Positions 26,386-39,424 of a stretch of DNA of 64,000 nucleotides are shown here, piece after piece. The translations under genes were made by a program, and so were the position numbers. Every line of letters starts with the position of its first letter. The stretch's first letter is position 1. A model generated the notes under the pieces. The model had not been told where the DNA came from, did no database searches, and was given only the letters and a program-made list of their open reading frames with translations. The DNA is taken from contig OZ024743.1 in NCBI GenBank assembly GCA_964016885.1, forward strand, positions 188,666,001 through 188,730,000. Direction: 5' to 3'. The stretch comes from Eledone cirrhosa (Eukaryota).

Positions 26386-27559
26386 TCGGTTCTGAGGTTT
26401 ATCAGGCGGCTTCCACCTCTTAGTATCTCGAGGGTCTCGTTCAGACATAGTTTGCATATGCCAGATCCCCCTTTATCGGGTGGTACTTTCCTGATTATGG
26501 ACCAGGCCAGAGAGTACGGGGTCCTGTCCAGCTTAAGCTTCCAGATCAGGTCGGAAAGAGCCGTACTTTTTCTTTTGGCGTCCTTATTGAAGGAATGGCG
26601 ATGGTTATACCAACGGTTTTAAAGCTCGTTGTTGTGGCTCCTATGTAGAGGTGTTCGGAGTTGGGGGTTTTAACCCTACATCCGTATATTAGGTTTTTCT
26701 TAAGGCATTCATTACTAGGGGGCATGATTCGGGGTTTCTGCAGTTGCAGAGGGTGGTCGACCTCTGCGTGCCTAGTGTGGGTTCCCGTTACGTGTTACAT
26801 GGTGGTCTTCCCCCGGGCACGGTAGGGGGTCCCCGGGTCTGTTTGAGTTTCTTGGGTGGTCACTGGGTGCCCCCTTTCTGCTGTGTGCTTATATTGCCAT
26901 CTTCTGATTGTGTGTGGTTTTTAAGCCTACTCCTGTTGATGCTAGCTATGTGTTGGGCCAGATTTCTCGTGGTGGAATAAGAGAGCTTCACAGTGTGTCT
27001 GTTGAAGATCTTGTGGTACCTAGGGTCCCTCAGGAAGCATTTATCAAGTGTTCCAAAGAATGATCGGGCCAAGCTGTTCTTTAGAGCCGCTGAGTAGGGT
27101 GGGTTGTACCACGTGATTTTTCTGCGTCTACTTATATATGGGTGGGTTGGGGATGTCGTGAGTTGTTGGAGAGTTGTTGGGTTGCTGGTGGTTCCCTCAT
27201 TGTTACTTCCCCTTTGGGCGCTATGCGTTTTGCTATCTTCACGGCCCGAATCTGTGGGGTGGTTGTTGCCCGCGCTGGGAGATCCACTGAGGGGTGGTCC
27301 CCCGTTACCCCCTCCCCCCACCCACCCACCCCACACACACGTGTCCTGCAGTTGGGGTCGTCGGCCCCGGGGTGGTTAGCATCACCCCTGAGACTGCTAC
27401 TCATATAGCAAAAACCAACACTACAGGTTCTCAGATCTTGGAAAAACTCTGGTTCTCTAATCTCGAACAGTAACAATGACGATAAGCCGTCTGTGCTTTC
27501 GTGAAATAAATAGGTTTTTGTTTTTGTGTATGCAAAAATATATGTACACAAATATATAT

Positions 27560-27933
27560 ATTAAAATAACAAATTAAAGTTTAAGCAAAGAATCGTAAAG
27601 AATCGCTGCTTTCACCCTTAACGCAGAAGTAAATATTTCGAAAAACGTTATCTAATGCAGACATCCAGACATACAGACTAAAAAAAGAGGGGGATGTTGT
27701 GCGACGTCATAAAAAATAGTGAGGAATGACGTATAACCGGAAGTGTTGACATTTGAAATTTTAAAGAAGTGAATATTTAAATAATGTCTTTAATCTTATA
27801 ACAAAATTCAGTAAACAAACATACCCTCACTTTTTTACTTGGAAAAAGTTACATCTATGGTGAAAATTTGGTGCTGTTTGGTCCAGTCGTCTGGCGGAAA
27901 GTTTGTTGCCTATATATGGCCATTAGCTTTATA

Positions 27934-27940
<7 letters not shown>
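27560..27940 (-). mobile_element. Possible non-autonomous Helitron-like repeat
   Basis: Terminus reads TATACTATAAAGCT on the - strand, resembling the Helitron 5' end; the first ~35 bp recur at 56551-56589. Confidence 0.3.
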
Positions 27941-27982
<42 letters not shown>

Positions 27983-27989
27983 TACATAT

Positions 27990-28660
27990 TAGTGATCCCC
28001 TCTGGCTTCTGAATATTTTCTACCAGATATTTCGTTTTAGTCTCATTCATTCTCAGTCCCAAACATCGACACCGTCTCAACGTCCTGCATCAAATCCTCT
28101 GCCTCCTTCACTGTATTTGTCACCCAAACTATGTCGTCGGCCAATTCAGCATCTGATATCTTTTTCACCTTAACTCTCCTGCTCTGAGCCGGTGCTACAG
28201 TAAATCCAGAGTAAAGGTAGGGAGCCAATGTATCTCTTCATTGCTGTAGTGGAGTCTGTGCTGCTGTACGGATCTGAAACTTGGACACTGACCAAGAAAC
28301 TCAGTCAGAAGGGGGATGGGTGTTACACGAGAATGCTGAGGATGGCTCTGAACATTAAACAGTATACATTGAGGATGAAAAACTCAGAGCTGTATCGGAG
28401 CCTCCCAAAACTCAGCTCAAAAGTGACGCAGAAGAGACTGGACATGCTCACTGACATCCAGTGTTGACATTGCACTCAGTGCTCCTGTGAGAGCCCCTAC
28501 ATGGACACACTGGAAGAGGAAGACCAAGGTTAAAATATGTTGATGCCCTAAGGACAGACACTGGTCTGTTGGAGACGGAGGACATGACAACGATATGAGG
28601 GACAGTGGCCGCTAGAGAGAACTCGACCATGGATCTCGGGAATTATACCCGCCCTAGAAT
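27990..28660. mobile_element. RTE-like LINE fragment with 5' inversion
   Basis: - strand 28043-28228 has an LADDI RT motif; + strand 28228-28630 has VESVLLYGSETWTLT..RMLRMALNI. Confidence 0.8.
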
Positions 28661-28689
28661 ATATACATATATATATATATATACATAGG

Positions 28690-28880
28690 AAAAAGTATGA
28701 CCCCGACGGCAGAGCTCAAGCCGTTTCGACGGCTCTTTCTAGTCCAGAAATAGCTGTCGAAACGGGTTGAGCTCTGCCGTCGGGGTCATAATCTTTACTA
28801 CTTCCCACTCTACCACCCTAAGGATTGAGTAATCAGGTGCGTTATGGTCCATCTGGTTCCTTACCACAATACCTTCATTA
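28690..28880. mobile_element. pLTR-like fragment with ~45-bp inverted duplication
   Basis: tatgaccccgacggcagagctcaa.ccgtttcgac.gct (28696) versus its reverse complement ending at 28790. Confidence 0.75.
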
Positions 28881-28889
28881 TATATATAC

Positions 28890-28966
<77 letters not shown>

Positions 28967-29108
28967 GATATATATACATATACATAGATATATAGATATA
29001 CATATAGATATATAGATATTTATATATATATATAGGTATATATATACGTATATATATACATATATATATATGTATATATTCATATATATATATATATATA
29101 TATATATA
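28880..29108. repeat. (TA)n microsatellite
   Basis: Direct reading. Confidence 0.95.
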
Positions 29109-29168
29109 AATTATTGAAAAAATAATGAATAAACAAAGAAACAGTTCCTTATATTAAACAAAAAAAGT

Positions 29169-29310
29169 TCATTATTTTACGATCGTTTCTAGGACATATA
29201 TGTGTTAGAATTGGTATGCATATTCTATAGATCTATGTACAATATTTATACAAACTATCAGAGGGAATATACATACCTTCACATATATATGCTGTCTTCA
29301 GAAATAATGA
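29169..29310 (-). ncRNA. Type I hammerhead motif with ~105-nt stem II domain
   Basis: UCAUUAUUU-CUGAAGA-[long]-GAAA-CGAUCG-U-A/AAAUAAUGA; perfect 9-bp stem I. Confidence 0.75.
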
Positions 29311-30499
29311 TGCTTGTTTATTGATAAGAAAAAAGATTCAATACAATAGGTCTGTTTGGGAACAGGTTTTGAATAGACAAATGAAATAGAGATTGAAATA
29401 TATAAAAATCTATCAAGAAATATAGTTAGGTGTGTGTATATGTATGTAAATACGCTCACAGATGTGCATATATGTGTATGCACATATGTATACGTATAGT
29501 GAAAAAGTGTGTGTAAATCTAAAATTTAGGGCAAATGTATCTGTATGTCTGTAATCTACAGACAGAATAGATACATCATAAGTATATGAATATGAAGGCG
29601 CGCGCATAAACACGCCTACACACACGTACACTTAGATGCGGAAGTAAAAGAGGTAAGGGAGTGTAATAATTAAAGGAAAGTATCAATCTCGATATATTTA
29701 TAAAAATGTAACAATAAATTAGAAAGAAAAAATTTTAGAAAGAAAAAACTAAAGAAAAGAAGACAAGAAAGGGTACATACATACACAGACACGCATGTCT
29801 CACAAAAGAAACGCAAAAATATACATGCTTATATACACACGCACACTTACACATGCATACGTTCGATACGTACATAGACACACACACACACATACTTAGA
29901 CTCACGCATATTGACCTGTTTGCATGCACACGCATAAAAATAAGTAAAACATATACCCATACATATATATATACATATATATATACACACATACACATGT
30001 ACATATACAACCACACACACACACACACAGACATACATATATATACACATACACACACATATACACAGTCACACACATATACACATATATACATATATCT
30101 ACACCTACATATATATGTATTTTTACACTCGCATACATACACACATACATACATACACACTTATATATACATACACACATCCACGCTTACATATACATAT
30201 AATTATTGGGGGGGGGGGGGATTAAATTTATTAGTGGGAAATAGTAAATATATAGGTTTCAAGGAACATAGAGTCATAACCTGAAGTTAAAGCTTTATAT
30301 GTGTTTACTTAATGGTATCAGTTTTAGGAAATGGTATTTGTAAGAAGGAAAGCCAAATTATGTAGTTCATCATTAGTAGAGTATTAATTATAGGTTAACT
30401 AAAATAAAAATAGTTTATATATTAATTTCTAAGGTGTATACTAATTAGGTTTATAATATTTAAAGCGGAATTATGTAGTTCAACAGTAGTAGAATATTA

Positions 30500-31495
30500 T
30501 AGTGGTAGGCAGTAATATATTACTACCTTATTACCAGTAAGTTAAGTAGCTCAATGTAAAAACATCAGATGATTTACAGAGCAGTTATATGAAATATAAT
30601 AATCAAACAACTGTTCAAAACATTTTTATGCTTACAACTGTTTCCTCCAAACCGAGGTTTGGATTCTTCGGAGCAATTTATTAATGAATGAACACTTATA
30701 TGACCTCCTTTTCACCCAAGAGACATACAGATACATATGCAAATATTGTGGGTCAACATTCATTACAGCATTTAGAGTGGCAGTACAGACTTAGAGATTA
30801 CATTCATATTAAAAGATACAATCAAAAATACAGGTTAAAATACAACATGAAAATAAGCGGTTATATAGTGCAAGGGTTATATGTGTGGCAAGCACGTGCG
30901 TCTTGTTTATATAGTGTGGCAGAGAGTTACGTGTAGTAGAAGCACTTAAGTAGGTAAACAAGAGTGTTAGGTTGGTTGATCTGGTGACACATTCTTTATA
31001 TGATTGTTATAGTCTGTGTGTGGAGAAATAATATAAGCATTAAAAATAGTGCAAGCATTAAAAATATTAAAAATGTTGGAAATGCGCAGCGAAGGGATGA
31101 TATGGACTTCATGTACTTCGACATTTTCATAGTCTGGGGAGTGTATTTTACAGATTATATGCCCCTCACATAATCCACGACGATTCGATATTGAGCGTTT
31201 GACAATCCAGTTAGAGAATTGTAGTCTGATGTTCTTTAGTTCAATACAGGAGGATGTTACGTTTCGAGAATCAACATCGAAATACTACCCGGAAGTGTGT
31301 GTGTGGCTAAGGGGAGTTAATGCATGAGGGGAGGTAACTCCGAGGTTTCTATTACTAACAATTGAAATGTGTCTCAAAATAGACCCTAACTTCTATGGTT
31401 ATGCGCAATTCCTAAAAAATTCACAAAATTTAAAGTGTTTTAACTATAGAGTAGTCTATTAAGTTGTGCTGAAGTTGTTCGTATTATTATGGTGA
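30500..31495 (-). mobile_element. ~1-kb HHR-containing dispersed repeat, copy 1
   Basis: Collinear with 35821-36794. Confidence 0.85.
30629..30675 (-). ncRNA. Hammerhead motif with CCGAAGA core variant
   Basis: UGCU-CCGAAGA-a-UCCAAAC-CUCG-GUUUGGA-g-GAAA-CAGUUG-U-A/AGCA. Confidence 0.7.
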
Positions 31496-32109
31496 TTAAC
31501 CCCCATCGTAGAGTGCCACAAATGAATATTATAGACGACGAGCGAGGATTCTAAATTAATGATCTCTGTGGTTGTAGTCTACTCAAAGGACCAGGCGCGG
31601 TGATTGCAGAATCACTTCAACACACAATGATCTCTGGTAAGTTCTGGGTCATCGCTTGCTACATTGGATGTCGAAAGATAATCATCACCAGGGCCGGCCA
31701 GAGGTCAATCCGCAGTCCTCATGACCCCAATCTGACCATCAAATCATCCATACATGTACAACCCATACGCCACATGCAATACATTCATTCCCTGCACTCA
31801 TCGTCCCGGTCATACTGCTCATCAGCGTTACTAGATTAATTCGTTTTTCATCTGTCCAACGATGGCACTTCCTCCGCACAACACTAACAAGACAATCAAT
31901 TCATGCTTAAATTACCTATAGAGCGGTGTAGTGCAGTTCAAGTGGGTGGATGTTGTCACACCTAAAGTAGAGGTACAAATGGGTATTCGCCCTGCGAAGG
32001 GTTCTAGAGGGATGTCGCTGTTTGTGTTATATTAGATCAGTTAGTGTTGGGTATGTGGTACAAGGTGTGCCCCTGGTGTTTGATGCTAGAGGTGGTGTTT
32101 GGTTCAAGT

Positions 32110-33280
32110 CCGACATTGCTATATATTGGGCTTAAAGTTTTGGAAGGAATGTCTGAAGCGGTGCTGGCAAGTTGAAAACACTTCAGATTTTTTGTTAAGT
32201 AGGTTACGGTTAGAGAAGATAATATTGTGGGTCTCTAGTATACAGAGGTTACAAAATTTATTAGGTGGTTTGTACGAAGTCGCGCTACCTATCACTTCCC
32301 ATTTCAGTGTGTAAGGTTTATTTTTAGTTTTTAGATAGTGTATGTAGCTAGATAGTGAGGTGGAGTTGCAATTTATGTGCAATTTATATTTACAAACCGA
32401 AATTGCCTCAGATTTTTTGTTTAAGATGTGGTCTGTGGCGTAGAATATTTCCAGGGCCTCAGCGGCGCAGAGGTCACATGCTCTTTTATTTCCGTTATAC
32501 GATCTAGCCCTAGCTAGGATCTCCCAGTGTAACTTATATTGGGTGTGATTGTCTTTTAGACTGCAGATATAACTGAAAGTGACGTCATATTCCTTCTTAG
32601 AGGGTAACGAAAAGAATGGGTATGCATGTAAAGACGCTGCTTGAAGCTATTGGCGGTTAACACTATGTAGGCCCTACGGGACGTGGGTGTTACAACCTTA
32701 CATTTGTAGACAATGTTACTAGAGAGGCATTTCCCGGATAGGGGACAATCAGCCCGATTCCTACAATTACAGTTAGTACTAACTACAGGGTTGCACGTGT
32801 TCCTACGGCTAGGTAGTTTAGCTAAATTTGAAACTGTGGTGTTATGTGCAAGGTTAGGAGTCGTAGAGTAAGAAATTTTAATAGTATTTCTATTAAAAAT
32901 TTTACTATATTTATGTGTAGGGGGAAAATGCTTCGTAATAAGGGAAAGAAAGATCTTAGCTAATGGTGTGGTCACCTCATATTATATGACGGGTTATACC
33001 AACAAATGCGACGGGATCTATTTCTTCTAGGTCTATTTTCGTACTCTGTATATGCTACCTTATCGACAAATCCACTTCGAGCAAGAGCTTCATTGTAATA
33101 AGTGGAATAGTCGTTGAAAATACGCTCGTTGGTGGAAAGACGGGAAAGCCTCAACGAAACGTTTCTTACCAGGTTCTTGGTTATGCTGGCAGGATCGTTG
33201 GAATGCTTACTTATGTAATTAAGCGTATCATTCGGCGTTCTATACGGGTAATACAACCCATTCAATAAATTGAGGGTAAC
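32110..33280 (-). mobile_element. Penelope-like element: RT C-terminus/linker plus GIY-YIG, followed by a second, different GIY-YIG C-terminus
   Basis: PYRTPNDTLNYISKHSN, RRICWYNPSY, KIFNRNTIKISYS, CNCRNRADCPL..CL..IVYKC..AYI; second tail LKWEV..CNLCILE..LLNKKSE..CQHR at 32119-32382. Confidence 0.85.
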
Positions 33281-33484
33281 GGTAAGAAACGTTTCGTTGA
33301 GGTAATTTAAGTAAAAGCCGTACTAAGAGTGGGAAATGAAATTTCGTTTCATTTTTTCCGTTTATCGTTTTCGGTGCACCCGGCCGATTAACCCACTCGA
33401 TATTCAAATTAGGCTGCTCAGCCGTTAATATGTATAAGGAAAGTATATACTTTCAGACGTTCCATCATCTGGCAGGAAGGTATA

Positions 33485-33525
33485 CGTTGCTGACGATAGC
33501 TAATAAGTTTGAAACTAGTAGAGCG
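33485..33525 (+). ncRNA. Minimal hammerhead motif in inverted pLTR
   Basis: CUGACGA-u-AGCU-AAUA-AGUU-u-GAAA-CUAG-U-A; stem I imperfect (cguug/gagcg). Confidence 0.65.
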
Positions 33526-33639
33526 TTCCTTTGTCAGTGTTGAACAAACGAGCAACGATGGTTGCTAGACACTACGGCTTAATACGGGATGTTTGTTTAC
33601 AAACACTCCGAGCATTATAATAAATGTTCGGTGAATCCA

Positions 33640-34387
<748 letters not shown>

Positions 34388-34402
34388 GTTTTAATATAGA
34401 TG

Positions 34403-34453
34403 AGATTCTACAGGACTAGAACTGTTTCATTCTTTAGAAATGATCAGGAATCT
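34403..34453 (-). ncRNA. Hammerhead motif with G8C core mutation (likely dead)
   Basis: AGAUUC-CUGAUCA-uUUCU-AA-AGAAu-GAAA-CAG..CUG-U-A/GAAUCU. Confidence 0.65.
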
Positions 34454-35070
34454 GGGTATCAAAAAATAAGTATGGTATTTATAGGTCTCTTCAAGTGGTA
34501 GGAGAAGGGATGGAGTAGGATGGGTGTAGGTCATTGGTTAATAGAAAAGGGAATTCATTAAAAGCTAATTCTACAAAGCTATAGTTTATTTTTATTTTTA
34601 GAGTAACAAAGGCAGAAAGAATTCTATAAACAGGTTCAGGATGGGGTGCCACTCCTTATTATTAAGTTTCTCTTAAGCTAACAGGTGTCTATAAGAACAG
34701 TGGGGGTCAGTCATGGTTGATAGATTTAAAGGAAACGGAGATTCTTTAAAAGCTAAATTATTTAAGGTTCTACTAAGTGACAAAGGTTTAGAGAATTATG
34801 TAGACAAATTCAAAATATTGAGTGCATATGATACAATTATCTTCAAAATTCTCTTAAACTATTCAACTATATGCCAAAAATCAACAGGCACATTCACAAT
34901 TACACTCACTCACACACTCACGCTCACCCATAAGCACACACACATACACACATATATATATATATATTATCTTTATTTGTTTTTTTTCATTCGCACCGTT
35001 TCCTTTCGCTATATGTCTCTCCACCTCTCCCCCACACACCTTTTGAACTCTGTTCCCACACACTTCTCAC

Positions 35071-35098
35071 CTGAGGAAGGGCTTATGCCCGAAATATC
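35071..35098 (+). ncRNA. Partial hammerhead motif (stem I partner missing)
   Basis: CTGAGGA-A-GGGC-TTAT-GCCC-GAAA-TA-TC; same stem II as 13148. Confidence 0.5.
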
Positions 35099-35214
35099 CT
35101 CCCCCACCTACCCCCACTCTCCTGAGCGTGAAATTAATAAACATTTATTGTACTGCCTCTCTGTTTTGTCCCTGTTCAAATTTTTCCATTATATATATAT
35201 ATATATATATATAT

Positions 35215-35445
35215 AGATAAAATAAAGTTAAATAAAAAGTCAAATAATTAAAATTTAGCTTTGTTCATTACTGCTAAATATATATTTCAGTGACAGCCAT
35301 CTTTGACTGTGACCTCTTCAGGCAGTTTGAATTAGTATGGTATAGACAAGTACATATGTTGTTGAGGTGTATAATATTGTCAATACTCTGATATGCCCAG
35401 TTCCTGGTTGGGTTGTTATTTCACTGAGGAACTGTAATCATATGT
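35215..35445 (-). mobile_element. Solo pLTR fragment with HHR (35270-35326), paralogue of 24705-24925
   Basis: ACUGC-CUGAAGA-..-GAAA-UAUAUAUU-U-A/GCAGU; collinear sequence similarity. Confidence 0.75.
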
Positions 35446-35469
35446 ATATATACATATACACACATACAT

Positions 35470-35510
<41 letters not shown>

Positions 35511-35582
35511 TATACAGATATATACATATATACACACATACACACACATATATGTACACACATACACCATACATACATATAC

Positions 35583-35615
<33 letters not shown>

Positions 35616-35618
35616 TAC

Positions 35619-35682
<64 letters not shown>

Positions 35683-35820
35683 ACACACACATATATATAT
35701 ATATATACACACATACATACATACATATATACATATATATAGTATTAATTGTACTATTTATGGTTATGAAAATACAAAAAACCTTTTGCAGTTATATGTA
35801 TTTTTTATACAAACCCTAAA

Positions 35821-36794
35821 TAGTGGTAGGCAGTAATGTATTACTACCTTATTACCAGTAAGTTAAGTAGCTCAATGTAAAAACATCAGATGATTTACAG
35901 AGCAGTTATATGAAATATAAGAATCAAAGAACTGTTCAAAACATTATTGTGCTTACAGCTGTTTCCTCCAAACCGAGGTTTGGATTCTTCGGAGCAATTT
36001 ATTAATCAATGGACAGTTATATGACCTCCTTTTCAGCCAAGAGACATACCGATACATATGCAAATATTGTGGGTCAACATTCATTACAGCATTTAGAGTG
36101 GCAGTACATACTTCGAGATTACATTTATAATAAAAGGTACAATCAAAAATCAAAAATACAGGTTAAAATACAGCATGAAGATAAGCGGTTATATAGTGCA
36201 AATGTTATATGTGTGGCAAGCACGTGCGTCTTGTTTATATAGTGTGGCAGAGAGATATGTGTGGTAGGAGAGTGTTAGGTTGGTTGATCTGGTGGCAAAT
36301 TCTTTATATGATTGATATGTGTGTGGAGAAATGATATAAGCATTAAAAATGGTGCAAGCATTAAAAATATTAAACGTATTGGAGATGCACAGCGAAGGGA
36401 TGACAAGGACCTCATGTACTTCGACATTTTCATGGTCAGGGGAGTGTATTCTTCGATTATATGCTCCTCACATAATCCACGGCAATTCTATATTGAGCGT
36501 TTGACAATCCAGTTAGAGAATCGTAGTCCGATGTTCTTTAATTCAATACAGGAGGCTGTTACGTTTCGCGAAACGACATTGAATACTACCCGGAAGTGTG
36601 TGTGTGGCTAAGGGGAGTTAATGCATGAGGGGAGGTAACTCCGTGGTTTCTATACCTACCTATTGAAATGTCTCAATATAGACCCTAATTGCTATGGTTA
36701 TGCGCAACTTCCAAAAAATTTGTAAAGCATAAAGTGTTTTAACTATAGAGTAGTTTATTAAGTTGTGCTGAAGGTGTTCGTATTATTATGGTGA
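35821..36794 (-). mobile_element. ~1-kb HHR-containing dispersed repeat, copy 2 (HHR 35950-35996)
   Basis: Collinear with 30500-31495; stem III is the perfect palindrome ACAGCUGU. Confidence 0.85.
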
Positions 36795-36817
36795 ATTAAA
36801 TATTTCATATTTCATAC

Positions 36818-36824
<7 letters not shown>

Positions 36825-36864
<40 letters not shown>

Positions 36865-36927
36865 CATACATATATATACACACACACACACACACATACA
36901 TACATTTATAAATATACACACACACAC

Positions 36928-36962
<35 letters not shown>

Positions 36963-37031
36963 TACATACATACACACAAATGTACACACACATACGTTCA
37001 CACATACACACATACACGTATACATAGATAA

Positions 37032-37104
<73 letters not shown>

Positions 37105-37135
37105 TACATACACCTACATATACACATATACACAC

Positions 37136-37184
<49 letters not shown>

Positions 37185-37371
37185 TACATATATATATATA
37201 TACACACATACACATATACATAAACATATACATATACACACATATACACACATATATACACACACATATATATACACACATATACACACACATACACATA
37301 CACATACATATATACATATATATACACATATATATATATATATACACGTACACACACATATATATACATAT

Positions 37372-37414
<43 letters not shown>

Positions 37415-37571
37415 CATATACATATACATATATACATACTTATACATATATACATACACATATACACACACATACATACATATACACACACACACATACA
37501 TACATATATATATACACATATACACACATACACATATACATATATATACATATACACACATATATATACAC

Positions 37572-37629
<58 letters not shown>

Positions 37630-37660
37630 GTACACATACATATACATACATATACATATA
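36825..37660. repeat. Compound (TA)/(CA) microsatellite
   Basis: Direct reading; source of spurious YI/CV-rich ORFs. Confidence 0.95.
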
Positions 37661-38900
37661 CACACATACACACAAATATACAAACATACAAATAGATAAG
37701 TACTCAATAGATATACGCATAGACACAGGCACATAAAACCAGCTCTACAGGCAGAAAGTGCAGATAGGTAAGAGGTACTCACATAACCATAGTGGCCGTA
37801 TTTCAGATTGAGGAGGGGTGGGGGTAGGGTGGGAAGGAGGTATAGGGGCTAATAGGAGGAGGTCGTTTTTAGCCATCGGGCTTTAACACTGGCTTAAAGT
37901 ATTTGAAAGTTGCAAAGTTCTTGTGCATGCAGTTCGGGCACTGTTCAGTGAGTTTATTCAGTAGATAACCTACCTAGAAACCACCGCAAGATGGCAGAGG
38001 AGGAATAGGCATAGGCAGATTAGCTGGTACAATCCTGCCTTCAATAGAGAGGTCTCTACAGCGATAGCTATGATTTTCTTCACTTTGCTGAAATTACACT
38101 TCCTCATACAACATAGATACCACACCATCTTTAATAAGAACACAATAAGACTCTCCTACTCCACTACACCTAACCTAGCTAGGAATATAGCCAACCACAA
38201 TTCTAAAAAATTAAATAATCCAACCACCTCTGAACCCAATCCCCGGACTCGGGCTTTGTGTAACTGCTTAAATAAGGAAGCATGCCCACTTGAAAACAAA
38301 TGCATCACAAATGATATCGTATACAAATGCGATGTCATCTCAGGCACCGATGATTGCAATAACAAAAAAACTTACATCGGCATGACCTCCAACAAATTTA
38401 AGACCCGTTGGTATGCCCATACCCACTCCTTCAGAACACCGGACAAATCAAACCAGACAACACTCGCCTCCTATGTTTGGGACCTCAAAAGGAACTCCAC
38501 CCCTTTCACGCTTAAATGGAAAATACTCCAGAAGCGCGCTCTTACAACGGAGGACACAAGGGCTGCGACCTTTGTATCTCAGAGAGCTACGAAATTTTAT
38601 TCGCCTACTGAACAAACTCTCCGAACACTACCCGAACTGCATGCACAAGAACTTTGCAACTTTCAAATAATTTAAGCCAGTGTTAAAGCCCGATGGCTAA
38701 AAACGACCTCCTCCTATTAGCCCCTATACCTCCTTGCCACCCTACCCCCACCCCTCCTCAACCTGAAATACGGCCACTATGGTTATGTGAGTACCTCTTA
38801 CCTATCTGCATTTTCTGCCTGTAGAGCTGGTTTTATGTGCCTGTGTATATGCGTATATCTATTGAGTACTTATCTATTTGTATGTGTATATATTTGTGCG
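37660..38900 (+). mobile_element. Penelope-like GIY-YIG fragment with an inverted copy of its 3' end at the 5' side
   Basis: ORF 38070-38675: IFNKNTIRLSYS, CNC..CPL..C..IVYKC..TYIGMT..FKTRW..H; 37660-37965 is the reverse complement of ~38600-38900. Confidence 0.9.
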
Positions 38901-38937
38901 TATGTGTGTATATGTATATGTATGTATATGTATGTGT

Positions 38938-38991
<54 letters not shown>

Positions 38992-39064
38992 GTATATGTG
39001 TATGTGTATGTATATGTGTATATATATATATATGTGTGTGTATATATATATATATATATATTTC

Positions 39065-39101
<37 letters not shown>

Positions 39102-39147
39102 GTATATATATATATATATATATGTGTGTATATGTGTATGTGTGTAT

Positions 39148-39202
<55 letters not shown>

Positions 39203-39267
39203 GGTGTGTGTCTATATATATATGTGTGTATGTGTTTATGTGGTTCTCTGTGTGTGTGTGTGTGAGT

Positions 39268-39333
<66 letters not shown>

Positions 39334-39424
39334 GTGTATATGTGTATATATATGTGTGTATATGTATATATATGTATATGTGTGTGTATGTGTATATATG
39401 TTTATATATATATATATATATATA

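Larger units (their letters stand above)
24700..27400 (-). mobile_element. Penelope-like element 3' part: GIY-YIG endonuclease, repeat-expanded 3' region, HHR-bearing pLTR
   Basis: RRKITWYNPPYS..KIFNRHTVKLSYS (ORF 26860-27336), CNCRNPESCPL, LIYGCRV..LYIGATTTSFK (~26620-26710), CKLCLNE. Whether the whole span is a single insertion is inferred. Confidence 0.75.
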
